From Alkalispirochaeta sp. (GTDB taxonomy: Bacteria; Spirochaetota; Spirochaetia; DSM-27196; Alkalispirochaetaceae), in assembly GCA_965601925.1 (NCBI GenBank), contig OZ271854.1, positions 3,712,001-3,776,000 on the forward strand: a stretch of 64,000 nucleotides of DNA, read 5' to 3'. Both the position numbers and the translations under genes were made by a program. This document shows positions 37,217-47,886 of this stretch, piece by piece. The notes beneath the pieces were generated by a model. The model saw only the letters and a list, made by a program, of their open reading frames with translations. It did no database searches and had not been told where the DNA came from. The stretch's first letter is position 1. Each line of letters begins with the position of its first letter.

Positions 37217-38907
37217 ACCTGCTTGCGAATACCTTTGGGTTGTACCGAAGCTACTACGTGAAGGATCGTGTGTGGCATGCGCTGTTTTTGGTCTTGATCG
37301 CTGTACGTGCGGCGGCCCTCTATGTCGTTAGTCGGTTGCTATGGGCAGGTACCGACACGCTGACTGATTTAGCGGTCGTTGCCGGCGCGATCGGATGCTA
37401 CTCGGTTTTGTCATTTCTCGGAGACATGGTCGCGTCCAGGTGGCTGATATACATGCCAATGAGTCGCATGATGGAGGCTCGATTCCGGGAAACCATCCGC
37501 ACGGATCACGAACAGTTCATGAACGACGGCCGATTTCGGGCCATATTTGCGACTCTCGAAGAGCCCCAGATGATCATCGAGCACGTTTGGGCCACATTTC
37601 AGTTGATTGGTCATGCCGCGGTTGCGTTGGTGATTACTGTAACGCTGCTGAGAGATTTCCCTTGGGCAACCCTCGCAGTAGCCGCGTTTGCGATAGCCTT
37701 TGAAGCGATGATCTTGCGGCGGACTCGGCAAGGCGAGCGCAAGTGGAGTGAGCTGTCCAGGCGATTTGAGTATTATCAGTCTCGTATCGTCGCTCGAATG
37801 CGAGCGATCCAGTCGATCAAAATCATGGGGTTGTCTCAAGCAGTCACCTCGGAGATTGAAAACGATGCCGGCGCATACACCCAGAGCGTCTCCAGAGCCA
37901 AAGGATTCGATGTGGAAATCAGAATTCTGTACGGTGTCAGGGCGTTCTTGGTTCAGATCTTATTCGTGTTACTCGCCGTGCTCTTTCATGCCAACTCGAT
38001 ACTCACGATTTCCATGGCGATAGCCGCTGTTTTTTTCGTCGACGCGTTTCAATCAAGCCTATCTACTGCGCTCGAATCGGCGCTTACATGGAACCGCACG
38101 CGTGGTGTCGTCAGTGAGTTTGTGACCCACTCTGACCAAGATCGTAAGCGAACGATCATCACACCGCGACCGTGGCAATCTGGGATTTCTGACACGTCGG
38201 TGGAGCTTCTGGATGTAACCGTGGTCGGAGGGCGAGATCAGGAACGAAGCCGTGTACTGGTGAAAGGGCTCAGTCTTTCGGCCAAAAATGGCGAGAACAT
38301 TGCGCTTGTAGGCCCGAATGGCGCCGGTAAGTCCACGCTCCTGCGAACCATCTTTGGCCTGTCAAACCCCGAGTGCGGTACGGTCGCGGCTTATGGTTCG
38401 GTCGGCGTCGGCCATTCGGAAAGTGCTAGTTGGGCTCTTTACATTGGCGATTCACCACATGTTTTCAACACCACGCTTGACGAGAATCTCAGGATGGGTC
38501 TCCCGGCCAGCGAGGGCAAAGTCTCCAATGTACTCCTCGGTCTCGAGCTCGGATCGTTAACCGACGGACTGTCTTCAGTTTCGACAGAGCGACTTGACCG
38601 CGATGCAAAAACGATTTCTGCCGGTGAGCGAGCCCGGGTTGGGTTGGGTCGTTGCCTGCTAAGAAGTAGTCGCTGCCGACTGCTGTTTGTCGATGAGACG
38701 TTGAGAAACTTAGACTCGAGAACTCGAATTCACGTACTCGAGTATCTGCTCTCAGCTTTTAGGGAAAGCACCGTGTTTATTGCCACGCATCAGGAAAACG
38801 TGATCGAGCGACTTGACGTCGTTTGGTACCTCGATCCGAATACCAAAGCGGTCGAGATCATGACGCCTGCCCAATATCTGAGCAGGTCGTTGCAAGCCAA
38901 TACTTAG
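37213..38907 (+). CDS. ABC exporter, fused permease-ATPase
   Basis: TM domain; GPNGAGKS, ISAGE, LFVDE, ATH. Confidence 0.9.
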   Translation: MNLLANTFGLYRSYYVKDRVWHALFLVLIAVRAAALYVVSRLLWAGTDTLTDLAVVAGAIGCYSVLSFLGDMVASRWLIYMPMSRMMEARFRETIRTDHEQFMNDGRFRAIFATLEEPQMIIEHVWATFQLIGHAAVALVITVTLLRDFPWATLAVAAFAIAFEAMILRRTRQGERKWSELSRRFEYYQSRIVARMRAIQSIKIMGLSQAVTSEIENDAGAYTQSVSRAKGFDVEIRILYGVRAFLVQILFVLLAVLFHANSILTISMAIAAVFFVDAFQSSLSTALESALTWNRTRGVVSEFVTHSDQDRKRTIITPRPWQSGISDTSVELLDVTVVGGRDQERSRVLVKGLSLSAKNGENIALVGPNGAGKSTLLRTIFGLSNPECGTVAAYGSVGVGHSESASWALYIGDSPHVFNTTLDENLRMGLPASEGKVSNVLLGLELGSLTDGLSSVSTERLDRDAKTISAGERARVGLGRCLLRSSRCRLLFVDETLRNLDSRTRIHVLEYLLSAFRESTVFIATHQENVIERLDVVWYLDPNTKAVEIMTPAQYLSRSLQANT

Positions 38908-39010
38908 TTAGGCGGCCGGAGGCTCGAAGAGCCGAGAAGCTCCGACTGATATCGGTGTTGATGTTCAGTGTGGACATCAATATCACGGACTTTGTTCCGA
39001 GGAGGCTGAC

Positions 39011-40738
39011 ATGTTGATACAAACCAAAGCAGTGAAGGATGCGTCTCCGGCGGATACACTGAGCCGGATACGCAAGGCGTTGTCCATTCTGAACCTCACG
39101 CCAGTGGAGACCAGTAACATGCTCGATCCAGCTGGCACGAGCTATTCCACTCGCATTGAACTGCCCGGTTTCCCGGTTGGCACCAATGGAAAGGGCGTTA
39201 GCCCCGAGCTGGCGCAGGCGAGTGCGTACGCTGAGTTCATGGAGCGGTTACAGAATCTGGCCTTGGCGTTTGCACCGTATATTGCGAACCCCCAAACCAT
39301 TGTGTTTCCGGATCAAGTGTCGTTGGCAATCGATCAGATTCCTGATTGGTGTTGGCAAGCGATCTCCGGAAGCTTAGATGTGAGAAACGAGCTTTTGACG
39401 ACTCCCGATTCCACGCACCGTGCCTGCGCGGTGCCGTACTACGATGTGTTTGGAAACCAGGTCGTGCACCTTCCTTTGGACTTGCTATTCTATGCTTGTG
39501 GTAGCAACGGGATGTGTGCCGGGAACACACCACAGGAGGCAGTACTTCAGGGGATGTGCGAGGTTCTTGAGCGGCACTGCGTGTCACGCGCGTATGAGCA
39601 ACGACTCCAGGTTCCGACGATCCCCCACAACCGCCTTCGCGGGCTCCATTCCTATGACATGATCAGTAAGATTCAGTCCCAAGGAATGGAAGTATTGGTA
39701 AAAGATCTCTCGCTGGGCGGCCGCTATCCGGTTATAGCCACGTATACCTTCGACTCGCGCACAGGTTTGGGTCGGCTGTGCGCAGGGTCGCACCCCTACC
39801 TCGATATTGCATTGCAGCGTTGCATCACCGAGACTTTTCAAGGCTCTGATGCGCCAAGTCAACGCGTCGATTGGGCATTTGAACCAGGCATGTCCCAACT
39901 ACACCTGGCCGAACGAATGAACTTTTTTGTAAATGGCTCTGGGTTTTTCCCTTCGTACCTGGTTCTTGACGACTCAGACGAGGGCCTGCCAGACGGCGCA
40001 TTCTTCGGTGACGCGAACGCAACGAACGCGGAGTTACTATCATGGGTTTCGCGGCGCTTGCAAGCAAGCGGGGCGAGAGTTTTTGTTCGCGACGTGTCGT
40101 TTTTGGGGTTCCCGTCGTACAACGTGTTCATCGATACCATGTCGGTCGTTCAACCCTTGGATACGCCTGGCGCATTTTTGGCATTGAACGGTGCAAGGAT
40201 ACGAGCGTCGATATCCAGGTTGGACGATGCCGACGTCGAGGCACTGTTAAGCGTTCAAAAGGGGCTCCGCCTCATAGCTGATCCTGCGTCAGGCGTTCGG
40301 GCTTTCGAGGATTTTCTTGCTCGGCGAGCAACCGCGGAGCGTCAGCAGACGATCGACTACCATGGACTGTCGGCTTGGACGTCCTTAGCAACCAAGGACT
40401 ATGCGCAGGGGGTTGTCGACCACTCAAGATACATGCAGACATTTGATACCAGCCGCCCGGACTACTTGATGCATCTTGCACTCGGATTGACACTAAAGAT
40501 GCTCGCCGAAGGTGCGTCAGACAAAACGATTCAGAGTTGTTTGCAGCGATACTACGGTGTACCCATCGCATTGTTGTTGTCCAAGTTTACGCGTGAGCCT
40601 CGTGCAGCATTGCGCTCTCTCTTTGTGGATAACCTGCTCCCGTTGGATCCGAAGTGTGAGCAGACGGTCCAGACTATTGTCAGCGCACTGCGCGATAACG
40701 CACTGCAGCAAGAAGACTTAGCAAACATATTCGCATAG
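39011..40738 (+). CDS. YcaO-family ATP-dependent peptide-modifying enzyme
   Basis: NGKG, SAYAEFMER, SNGMCAGN...EA...G..EVLER, RCITE; GAGGAGG RBS. Confidence 0.93.
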   Translation: MLIQTKAVKDASPADTLSRIRKALSILNLTPVETSNMLDPAGTSYSTRIELPGFPVGTNGKGVSPELAQASAYAEFMERLQNLALAFAPYIANPQTIVFPDQVSLAIDQIPDWCWQAISGSLDVRNELLTTPDSTHRACAVPYYDVFGNQVVHLPLDLLFYACGSNGMCAGNTPQEAVLQGMCEVLERHCVSRAYEQRLQVPTIPHNRLRGLHSYDMISKIQSQGMEVLVKDLSLGGRYPVIATYTFDSRTGLGRLCAGSHPYLDIALQRCITETFQGSDAPSQRVDWAFEPGMSQLHLAERMNFFVNGSGFFPSYLVLDDSDEGLPDGAFFGDANATNAELLSWVSRRLQASGARVFVRDVSFLGFPSYNVFIDTMSVVQPLDTPGAFLALNGARIRASISRLDDADVEALLSVQKGLRLIADPASGVRAFEDFLARRATAERQQTIDYHGLSAWTSLATKDYAQGVVDHSRYMQTFDTSRPDYLMHLALGLTLKMLAEGASDKTIQSCLQRYYGVPIALLLSKFTREPRAALRSLFVDNLLPLDPKCEQTVQTIVSALRDNALQQEDLANIFA

Positions 40739-40819
40739 TGTTGTCTCTCGGTTCGGTGAGCATCGGCGAAACGCAATGTACCAAGTGATCGAGGAAATGC
40801 GCGGCTGAAGAGGATAAGT

Positions 40820-41497
40820 ATGAGACCCTCAGACTATGCCGACTACAGCTCAATTTACGACATTGTTGGCGATAGTGCGTTAAATCCGGAAGTATCTTCA
40901 TTCGTGCGGAAACTCGCTGAGTATCTGCCGGCAGGTGCTCGAGTCGCTGATATCGGCGCCGGCACGGGATACTACAGTCGAATGCTGCTATCGCTGCGAG
41001 CCGACATATCCATAACACTCGTCGAGCCGAGTACACACATGATACGCGAGATTGAACGCAATCGTATCCCGCGGATGGATGTGCTGCAGCACACATGGGA
41101 GTCGTTCAGCGACCGCGATTGCCCAGTCTCGGTGATGGTGTTCATGTACTCCCTCTATGCGATCTTTCGCTCTCTTGAGCACTTGTTTGAGTCGTTGCGT
41201 ACCTATCTAAACGAACGAGAGTCCGTCTCTAACATCGCATTCTTCCTCATTGGTGGTCGGAGGGACCTGGCCGCCGCACGAACGAGAGTTGCTTCGGGGC
41301 TTAGGCGTGTCGGATACAGCTCCCAGGAGGTAGCAAAAATCTGGGCTCGTTACGAACGTTTGTTGCTTCTGTTTAATAGGCGCCTTGCTCACGGCGAGTT
41401 TTGCATATTCTCGCCACAAGAAATCACTTCGGTCATGCTACAGCTTGGTTTCAGTCTCTCGTGGATGGATACCCACGGGATGATCTGGTCCCGTTGA
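40820..41497 (+). CDS. Class I SAM-dependent methyltransferase
   Basis: VADIGAGTG, VEPS. Confidence 0.85.
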   Translation: MRPSDYADYSSIYDIVGDSALNPEVSSFVRKLAEYLPAGARVADIGAGTGYYSRMLLSLRADISITLVEPSTHMIREIERNRIPRMDVLQHTWESFSDRDCPVSVMVFMYSLYAIFRSLEHLFESLRTYLNERESVSNIAFFLIGGRRDLAAARTRVASGLRRVGYSSQEVAKIWARYERLLLLFNRRLAHGEFCIFSPQEITSVMLQLGFSLSWMDTHGMIWSR

Positions 41498-41891
41498 CTA
41501 AACCCGTCACGGCCATGTTTTGACCATCTCGAACTTGGCACGTTTTATCGAGCCATCGTCAACGACGGCCTACGATAGTTGTAAGGCAGCCTGGTAATCG
41601 CCGAAGACAACCTGCGGCGGCAAGAGCCAACCTGACGATAGCTGAACTGCATCGTTCAGTTCCACCGCCGAATCATGGGAAAACTTATCTCGGAGCGCAA
41701 CCGCAAAACGGGCGATCAGTGGCGAGATTTCGCAAAATACGGCAACGATCGCATGTAGCAGGCTTTTCGCCTCCCGGTAAGAGGGTGCAGGAGGGAGCCT
41801 GAGTATCTATAGGAGAAACACGAGCGGTTTTGGCACTGTTTGAGCTAAGAAACAGACACACGTTGCCCGAAAAGCGTAACGGAGGAACGTG

Positions 41892-43228
41892 TCAGTTGAG
41901 GCGATCGAGGTCGATCCCAGGTGGTGACCGCCCGATCTTGACCAGATGTTGGAGAATTTTCCTGAGTTCGTCGGGATCCTCGATGATCGCAATAACCTTC
42001 ATCTCAGCGCCGCACTTTGGGCACACCAAGGGGTCAACCTCGTAGACCTTCACGAGAAGTCGTGCCCAGGCGCGTTTGCGCGCGTCGACGGTGACCTCAT
42101 CGGCGTCATCCGACAGCGGTTCGTACCCCAAGTCGTCACTGCCGGCATTGTTTTGATGAGTCGCTTTCCACCCGTCAGGTGCCCGCTCGGTGACCCAAGG
42201 CATCTGTTCCCGTCGCCTCTTCGTGCGCGAGGCATACAGTCCGTATCGTCGGACAAGCTGGAGTCTCCTCGGTGGTATGTGCTGCGTCAACTCAGCTAAA
42301 AAATCCAAGGCGTCGAACAGGTGGACGTTCTGCTTGAAGTACTTCAAGTACGTCGTGTGAAAAAGGACTCGCCCCTTGAACGGTTCGTAGCGGATCTTCT
42401 TCAGCGACAGCGGAGGCCGAGCGGTGTACTCGGCGAGACTTTCCTGGGAGGGGTCGTCGAGGATACGCCCGCTGTTGTCGATGCTGAACCCGGAATGCTT
42501 CCAGGACAGAAGGCTCCGGGCAAAATCTTCATTGAGTAGTTCGCGCTCCAGCAGGAGCTTGATCACCCGACGGCGGAAGACCTCAACCATGGATTGGAGC
42601 CCAGAGAACGGGATGTAAAGAAGGCACCCACTTCATCAAAGCCACCCTCGAGAACGATCGCGTGGAAATGGGGTTTCCACCGCAGCACGTCTCCGAACGT
42701 CTGGGGCGCGACGACTATTCCGGTAAGGAGCTTTCTGCCGGCGGCTTCGTGGTAGAACTCCCGCAGGATGTTGTAGATCATACGAGACACCCCGGCGAAG
42801 AGGCGGCGGTCGCGGCGAAAGAACGGGCGGAGCGCCTTGGGCATCGTGAACACGAGTTGTCGATACGGTAGCCCCAGGAGGACCTCGTTAGTCAGATGCT
42901 CCGCGAAGAGGATCGTTCGCTTCCGGCTGCATGATGGGCAAAGATAGAAACCCTTGCACGAGAATGGCCGGAAATAGTCGTGTCCGCATTCAGGGTTGGT
43001 GCAGCGGATGCGCGCCACGCCCTGGAGATAGTCGCCACACGTGGAGAACCGCTCCCCGACTTGCTGGATGAGCTCAAGGCGGTACATGCCATAGGTGGCG
43101 GCGTACTTCTCATCGTATTGCTCGCGGAAGTCATCGAAATGGCATTCGAAGATGGTATAGAGCTCGTTTCGACCGCGCGGGACGTACCGTTTCGCTCCCG
43201 ATATTGACGAGACAACTGCGGTGCTCAC
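41892..43228 (-). pseudogene. IS91-family (HUH/Y2) transposase, frameshifted near 42617
   Basis: Zn-binding SCK....CPSC, PHFH HUH motif, RRYGLY, CPKCG; split across ORFs 42563..43228 and 41892..42590. Confidence 0.88.
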
Positions 43229-43692
43229 CTGTACTAAGACCAGAAAAAGAACGCGGTTGCTTCAGATGGGGCGCGTATTCATCGAGCGCCACATAACATG
43301 GCGCATGCACCATTCGCCTTCTCGGAGTTTTCGCTCCTGCGAGGGACTGAAGCGACGGTCTCGCGACTGATGCATCCATAGCTAATGCAACGGGCGTTCG
43401 GCTTTGATTCAGAAGGGGGAAAGATGGTTCGGGTTTCATCGGATCAGCCAATAATGGGCTGTAGCAACTTGTAATACGGATTCGCGAAAGCCGGCTGCGA
43501 CAACGAGACGGTTGCTCTGCTGTCTCATTTGTGTATAGCAAACTTCAGAACTGAAACGTAAACCCCATCTTGCGTGGTTACCATGCGTAGAGAGGTTGCC
43601 GAGCGAATATCACGAGGCCATTTCATGCAGACTGGCGGGGGTATCACTGATAGACTTGCCGGTACGTCTCATCGCTTTCGAGGAGAAATCAC

Positions 43693-44148
43693 ATGAAGGT
43701 TCGTGAAGCAACAGTTGACGACGTAAAGCCAATTGTTGGGCTTCTATCAGCCGATGAGTTGGGTTGCGATCGAGAAGACGCGGGCGAGGCTATCTCACGG
43801 GAGTACTACGAGGCGTTTCGGCGCATCGCCGCGGATCCGAATCAGGAGTTGGTTGTAGCGGAGGACGACAGGCACGTCGTCGTCGGAACACTGCAGATTA
43901 GCTACATCCAGTATCTTACGTATCGGGGTGGCCTTAGAGCGCAAATCGAAGGAGTAAGGGTTCGCGAAGACAAACGAGGCGGAGGTTTGGGAAAGCAGTT
44001 GCTCGAATGGGCGATTGGTCGAGCAAAAGAGCAGGGTGCACACGTCGTGCAACTCACGTCTGACAAGAGGCGTCCGGATGCAATTGCTTTCTACGAACGC
44101 CTGGGATTCACGGCTTCTCACGAAGGAATGAAGCTGCACTGTCATTAA
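43693..44148 (+). CDS. GNAT N-acetyltransferase
   Basis: IEGVRV, RGGGLG, QLTSDK.R.DA..FY..LGF. Confidence 0.9.
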   Translation: MKVREATVDDVKPIVGLLSADELGCDREDAGEAISREYYEAFRRIAADPNQELVVAEDDRHVVVGTLQISYIQYLTYRGGLRAQIEGVRVREDKRGGGLGKQLLEWAIGRAKEQGAHVVQLTSDKRRPDAIAFYERLGFTASHEGMKLHCH

Positions 44149-44234
44149 TTGCAGCGCTGGTAAGGGACGGAGAGAATGACCGTCCAGGCGAAGTGATCAA
44201 CGGAATACTGCCTTGACACTTGGTGAGACCCAGA

Positions 44235-44420
44235 GTGACCGGACGGATAGGTCCTTTACAGAAGTCCGAGTAGATACTTTACACGCTACACACCGGTGAT
44301 GATACCGTCACGCTCATCGATACGGCCTAGCAAGGTCGTGTAATAGACGATGTTCCAGATACCATCGTCGACTTCTTCGAGACCGATATGTTCATTGGCG
44401 AGGGCATTCGAAAGAAACCG
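44235..44420 (-). mobile_element. IS481-family 3' remnant with terminal motifs
   Basis: FLSNALANEHIGLEEVDDGIWNIVYY.TLLGRID; paired TTTACA at 44255 and 44278. Confidence 0.7.
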
Positions 44421-44478
44421 TGTATGCATGGCGATCGGTCGTCGTACGCTTGCGTGCTCGATCCCGATGCGCAACAGA

Positions 44479-46137
44479 CTACAACAGCCACCGTCCTCCC
44501 CAGGACAGAATCAGCGCGAACAGGACTGCGAATCCCGCCTGTCGTGCGAGGAGTGTGAACGTTGCCTTCCAGCCCGTCTCACGACCGATCGTCATTGCGG
44601 TCACCAGACACGGCAGAAGTACACCGGCCAGGTAAACCGCCGTGAGCGCTTGTGCCGCCGTCAGCGGAAAAGATGTACCGGCATTCGCCGCCAGTAAGAT
44701 GATTCCGTCTTTGCGCACCGAAGCGAGCACTACGGGCAGGGCTGCGTGCGGGGGAAGGTCGAATAGACCCATCACCGGACCCAGAAATCGAACGGCCAAG
44801 TCGAGGGCGCCGACGTGAGCCAATAGCGATGCAACGATACAGATCGCGATAAAGACCGGCATTGCCAGCAACAGGAACTGTCGAACCGTGCCCCGCACTT
44901 CGCGCCACAACGCCGACATCCCGGGCCATTGCATAAACGGTCGGCTGGGTGTCATCAGGATGTTCAGTGGGCTGCGTGCCTGTGCACTCGAGGTAACACG
45001 CAAGTACATGAGCGTCGTGACGAGCAGGTACGCCATGAACAGCCACGTCAGCAATGCGGCCGACCTTCCCGTTGCTGCCGCAGCCGCGGACAAGACGGCA
45101 AGGGTGGCCGGCAGTTGGTAGCTGCATGCCGACCCGAACGCGACGGCGGCAACGGCGGAGCCTCGCGAACAGGCTGAACAGGACCGCGTACCGATCACCG
45201 CCGGCACGTTGCAACCGAACCCCATCATCACGCGGGCCACATCTCGTCCGCTTAGGCCGAAGGGGCGCACGAGCGGATGGAGCGCGACGTTGATTCGCTC
45301 GATCAATCCGCTCGCCTTGTACGCGCCGAGAATCAACGCGAACAGCAGCACCGTGGGGAGCGCCCACACCAGCAGGAACGGTCCCATATTCAGCAGACCG
45401 TAACCGAACTCACCGTGCCGCGCCGTAAGCACGACGCGCAGCCAGCTCGGCCACGTGGTGTTGACGGTGGCGATAATCGATTCGAACCAACGTGCCACGA
45501 TGGGGTGAAGGAGATCGGCAACGGTATTCGCGCCGAAGATCGTCGCCACGAGGGGCAGGACGAGCAGCATAGTCGCCAGAAGCGGGCCGGCAATGCGATG
45601 TTCCAGCCACCCCGGCGTCGGCTCGATCCGCCACGTCGCCCGGGCCGTCAGCGATTCACGACGGAACGTCGACGGGTTGCGTGTCGCGTGGGCGATTCTC
45701 TGACGATCGCGACCGGAAAGCCTACGAGCGTCGAGGGGAATGAAGTCGACGCCCGCCTCCGCCTCGAGGCGTTCGATCGCATCTTGCGGCGCGTCACCCG
45801 GTTGAACCTTGTCCCAGTGCGTGACGACCACAGCGCCTCGTTTGCCGACAACGAGCGGCAACATATCGCGCAAATCCCGGTCCAAGTGTGTCGCTTGGAC
45901 CACCAAGAGGACGACGTCGTGTGCCGCCAGGGCATCCAGGGCCAGTCGCGTCGTCTCCGTGTCGGAGCTGCGGAGAATCCCCGGTGTATCGATGTACTCG
46001 ATGTCACCGGATCGATAGCGTTCGACCACGACGGTCGAGCCGCGGAAGTTCGCCTCACCTGCCGAGCGGCCCGACAAAGATGAAATTAGTTGCGATTTGC
46101 CCACACTCTCCTTGCCGACAACGAGGATGGTGCGCAT
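44479..46137 (-). CDS. FeoB-like GTPase-membrane transporter
   Basis: GKESVGKS, N..GSTV, DTPG, THWD, MGFGCNVPA, PC gate motifs. Confidence 0.85.
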   Translation of the reverse strand: MRTILVVGKESVGKSQLISSLSGRSAGEANFRGSTVVVERYRSGDIEYIDTPGILRSSDTETTRLALDALAAHDVVLLVVQATHLDRDLRDMLPLVVGKRGAVVVTHWDKVQPGDAPQDAIERLEAEAGVDFIPLDARRLSGRDRQRIAHATRNPSTFRRESLTARATWRIEPTPGWLEHRIAGPLLATMLLVLPLVATIFGANTVADLLHPIVARWFESIIATVNTTWPSWLRVVLTARHGEFGYGLLNMGPFLLVWALPTVLLFALILGAYKASGLIERINVALHPLVRPFGLSGRDVARVMMGFGCNVPAVIGTRSCSACSRGSAVAAVAFGSACSYQLPATLAVLSAAAAATGRSAALLTWLFMAYLLVTTLMYLRVTSSAQARSPLNILMTPSRPFMQWPGMSALWREVRGTVRQFLLLAMPVFIAICIVASLLAHVGALDLAVRFLGPVMGLFDLPPHAALPVVLASVRKDGIILLAANAGTSFPLTAAQALTAVYLAGVLLPCLVTAMTIGRETGWKATFTLLARQAGFAVLFALILSWGGRWLL

Positions 46138-46222
46138 TTGCGACGGCGCGAGTGCGGTACGCCTCACGCGCACTCCGAAAAGAGGTGCTTTCCGGTCGTG
46201 ACCTCGGACGGCGGATGCCGCG

Positions 46223-46438
46223 TCACGCGTCTTCGGAGATTTCCAGCACAACGTTGCTGATATGCGTGACGAACGACCGCTTGGCCGATGTATCGGATAT
46301 AAGCACATACCCACTGCTGACGCAGTACTCGACCGAAGCATTGAGGACTTCCGTCTTAGGGTGTCTGATCGTCGCCTTGGTCACCGATTTTTGCACCGTC
46401 GTGGCAAAGTGCGTCAAAGCGTTTGAGTTGGTCTCCAT
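46223..46438 (-). CDS. Small hypothetical protein
   Basis: AAGGAG RBS; within the operon. Confidence 0.55.
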   Translation of the reverse strand: METNSNALTHFATTVQKSVTKATIRHPKTEVLNASVEYCVSSGYVLISDTSAKRSFVTHISNVVLEISEDA

Positions 46439-46585
46439 GATTCTGATCTCCTTCTAGAAAAGTCTGAATGAGGTTTTGTTTTGCAAATCGGTGATGGTAC
46501 GAAAGCGCATCGGATTCGGCACGAGCCGGTAGCCGGAGGCGCGGTCGCAGCCGCTGCTACGGGGGTGGAGAAGATCTGCAGGTCA

Positions 46586-46795
46586 TTAGAGCTCCTTTCC
46601 CAGGCGATCCAGCCACCTGAGCACCCGCTGTAGATGGTCCGAACCGTAGGATTCCACAAAGCGCTTCGTCTCCGGGAGGTCCGGGTTGCCGAGAGCGGCA
46701 ACTCGTTTCCGAACTGCATCTCTCGTATGTACGCCTCCGCCGGAGCTGATGCACGCTTTCCACTCTTCATAGGTTTGTACCGGTTGCGTCATCAT
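46586..46795 (-). CDS. Small hypothetical protein
   Basis: QTYEEW..CI...RF...YG..H...V..W; coupled to the COG0523 gene. Confidence 0.6.
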   Translation of the reverse strand: MMTQPVQTYEEWKACISSGGGVHTRDAVRKRVAALGNPDLPETKRFVESYGSDHLQRVLRWLDRLGKEL

Positions 46796-47819
46796 GCTCT
46801 CCCTTTCTTCCCGCAATACTTCTCAAAGAAGTCTCGAATGAATCCTTGTCGATGCCGTTGGTGATGAATACAATGCGCGTCCGCATATCGCTATCCGGCC
46901 ATTGCTCCATCCGGTGAAGAGGATAGAAGATGTGCTGGACTCCATGAATGATAATGGGGCCATCGTACCCCTCGATATTCACAAGCCCTTTGATCCGCAG
47001 CATCTTTTCACCCATCAATATCAAGAGGGTGTCGATCCAAGCCATGAACCCTCTTTCCGGTAGGGGATCCTCACGGGTGATGCAGAATGCGGAAATATCC
47101 TCGCCATGCCGGTTCACATCGTGGTGATGGCCGTGGTGATCGTCGTCGTACGCCTCCTCATCGAGCCATTTTTTTACGTCCGCCTCCTTGTCGAGCGTAG
47201 AGAACGGCGGCGTCGCAAAAAGCGTATCGATATCCACGACACCTTTGACCGCATTCACGAGGGGCGCCGACCGGTTCACCGTGCGGACACGTTCTTCGGT
47301 CCGCATCCGTTGCTGCTCGTCAACAAGGTCGGTCTTTGTCACGATCAGGCAGTCGGCCACCGCGGCCTGTTTGCGCGCCTCAAATTGCTCTCGGTGCGTT
47401 TGCGTGAAGCAGGTGGCATCGATCGTCGTGATAATGGAGCGCAGCTCGTAATCACCCGCCAGTTCAGGAGAGGTCATAATCGTATTGATGATTGGTGCCG
47501 GATCGGCAAGGCCCGTCGTCTCGATGATCACACGATCGAATTGGCGTTTTCCCATCCTGGAAAATCGCCATTGTATATCCTTGAGCGTTTTTCTCAGGTC
47601 GCTGCGGATGGTGCAACAGATGCAACCACTGCTCATTTCGAGCACTGTCTCGCCGCTACTCTTTACCAGCAGATGATCCAGCCCGACTTCACCGAACTCG
47701 TTGACGATGACGAAGGTCTTGCTGAACTGCGGAGTGCGTATCAGATAATCGAGCACCGTCGTCTTCCCGCTGCCGAGAAAGCCGGTGAGGATATGGACAG
47801 GTATCGGTTCCTTCGGCAT
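46767..47819 (-). CDS. COG0523/CobW-family metallochaperone GTPase
   Basis: GFLGSGKT, NEFGE, GCICC, ETTGLADP, His-rich linker, R.KG. Confidence 0.93.
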   Translation of the reverse strand: MPKEPIPVHILTGFLGSGKTTVLDYLIRTPQFSKTFVIVNEFGEVGLDHLLVKSSGETVLEMSSGCICCTIRSDLRKTLKDIQWRFSRMGKRQFDRVIIETTGLADPAPIINTIMTSPELAGDYELRSIITTIDATCFTQTHREQFEARKQAAVADCLIVTKTDLVDEQQRMRTEERVRTVNRSAPLVNAVKGVVDIDTLFATPPFSTLDKEADVKKWLDEEAYDDDHHGHHHDVNRHGEDISAFCITREDPLPERGFMAWIDTLLILMGEKMLRIKGLVNIEGYDGPIIIHGVQHIFYPLHRMEQWPDSDMRTRIVFITNGIDKDSFETSLRSIAGRKGEHDDATGTNL

Positions 47820-47886
47820 GACTGGTTCCCTCCGACCGTTGATTCCCAACAAAGGGTCGATTTGTGTTAGAGATGAATCGTCTCAA

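Noticed and set aside
30371..41497. Lasso peptide, thiopeptide or LAP cluster
   Set aside because: No asparagine-synthetase cyclase or B2 protease; acceptor Glu would be core position 10; no LanB, dehydrogenase or E1 partner
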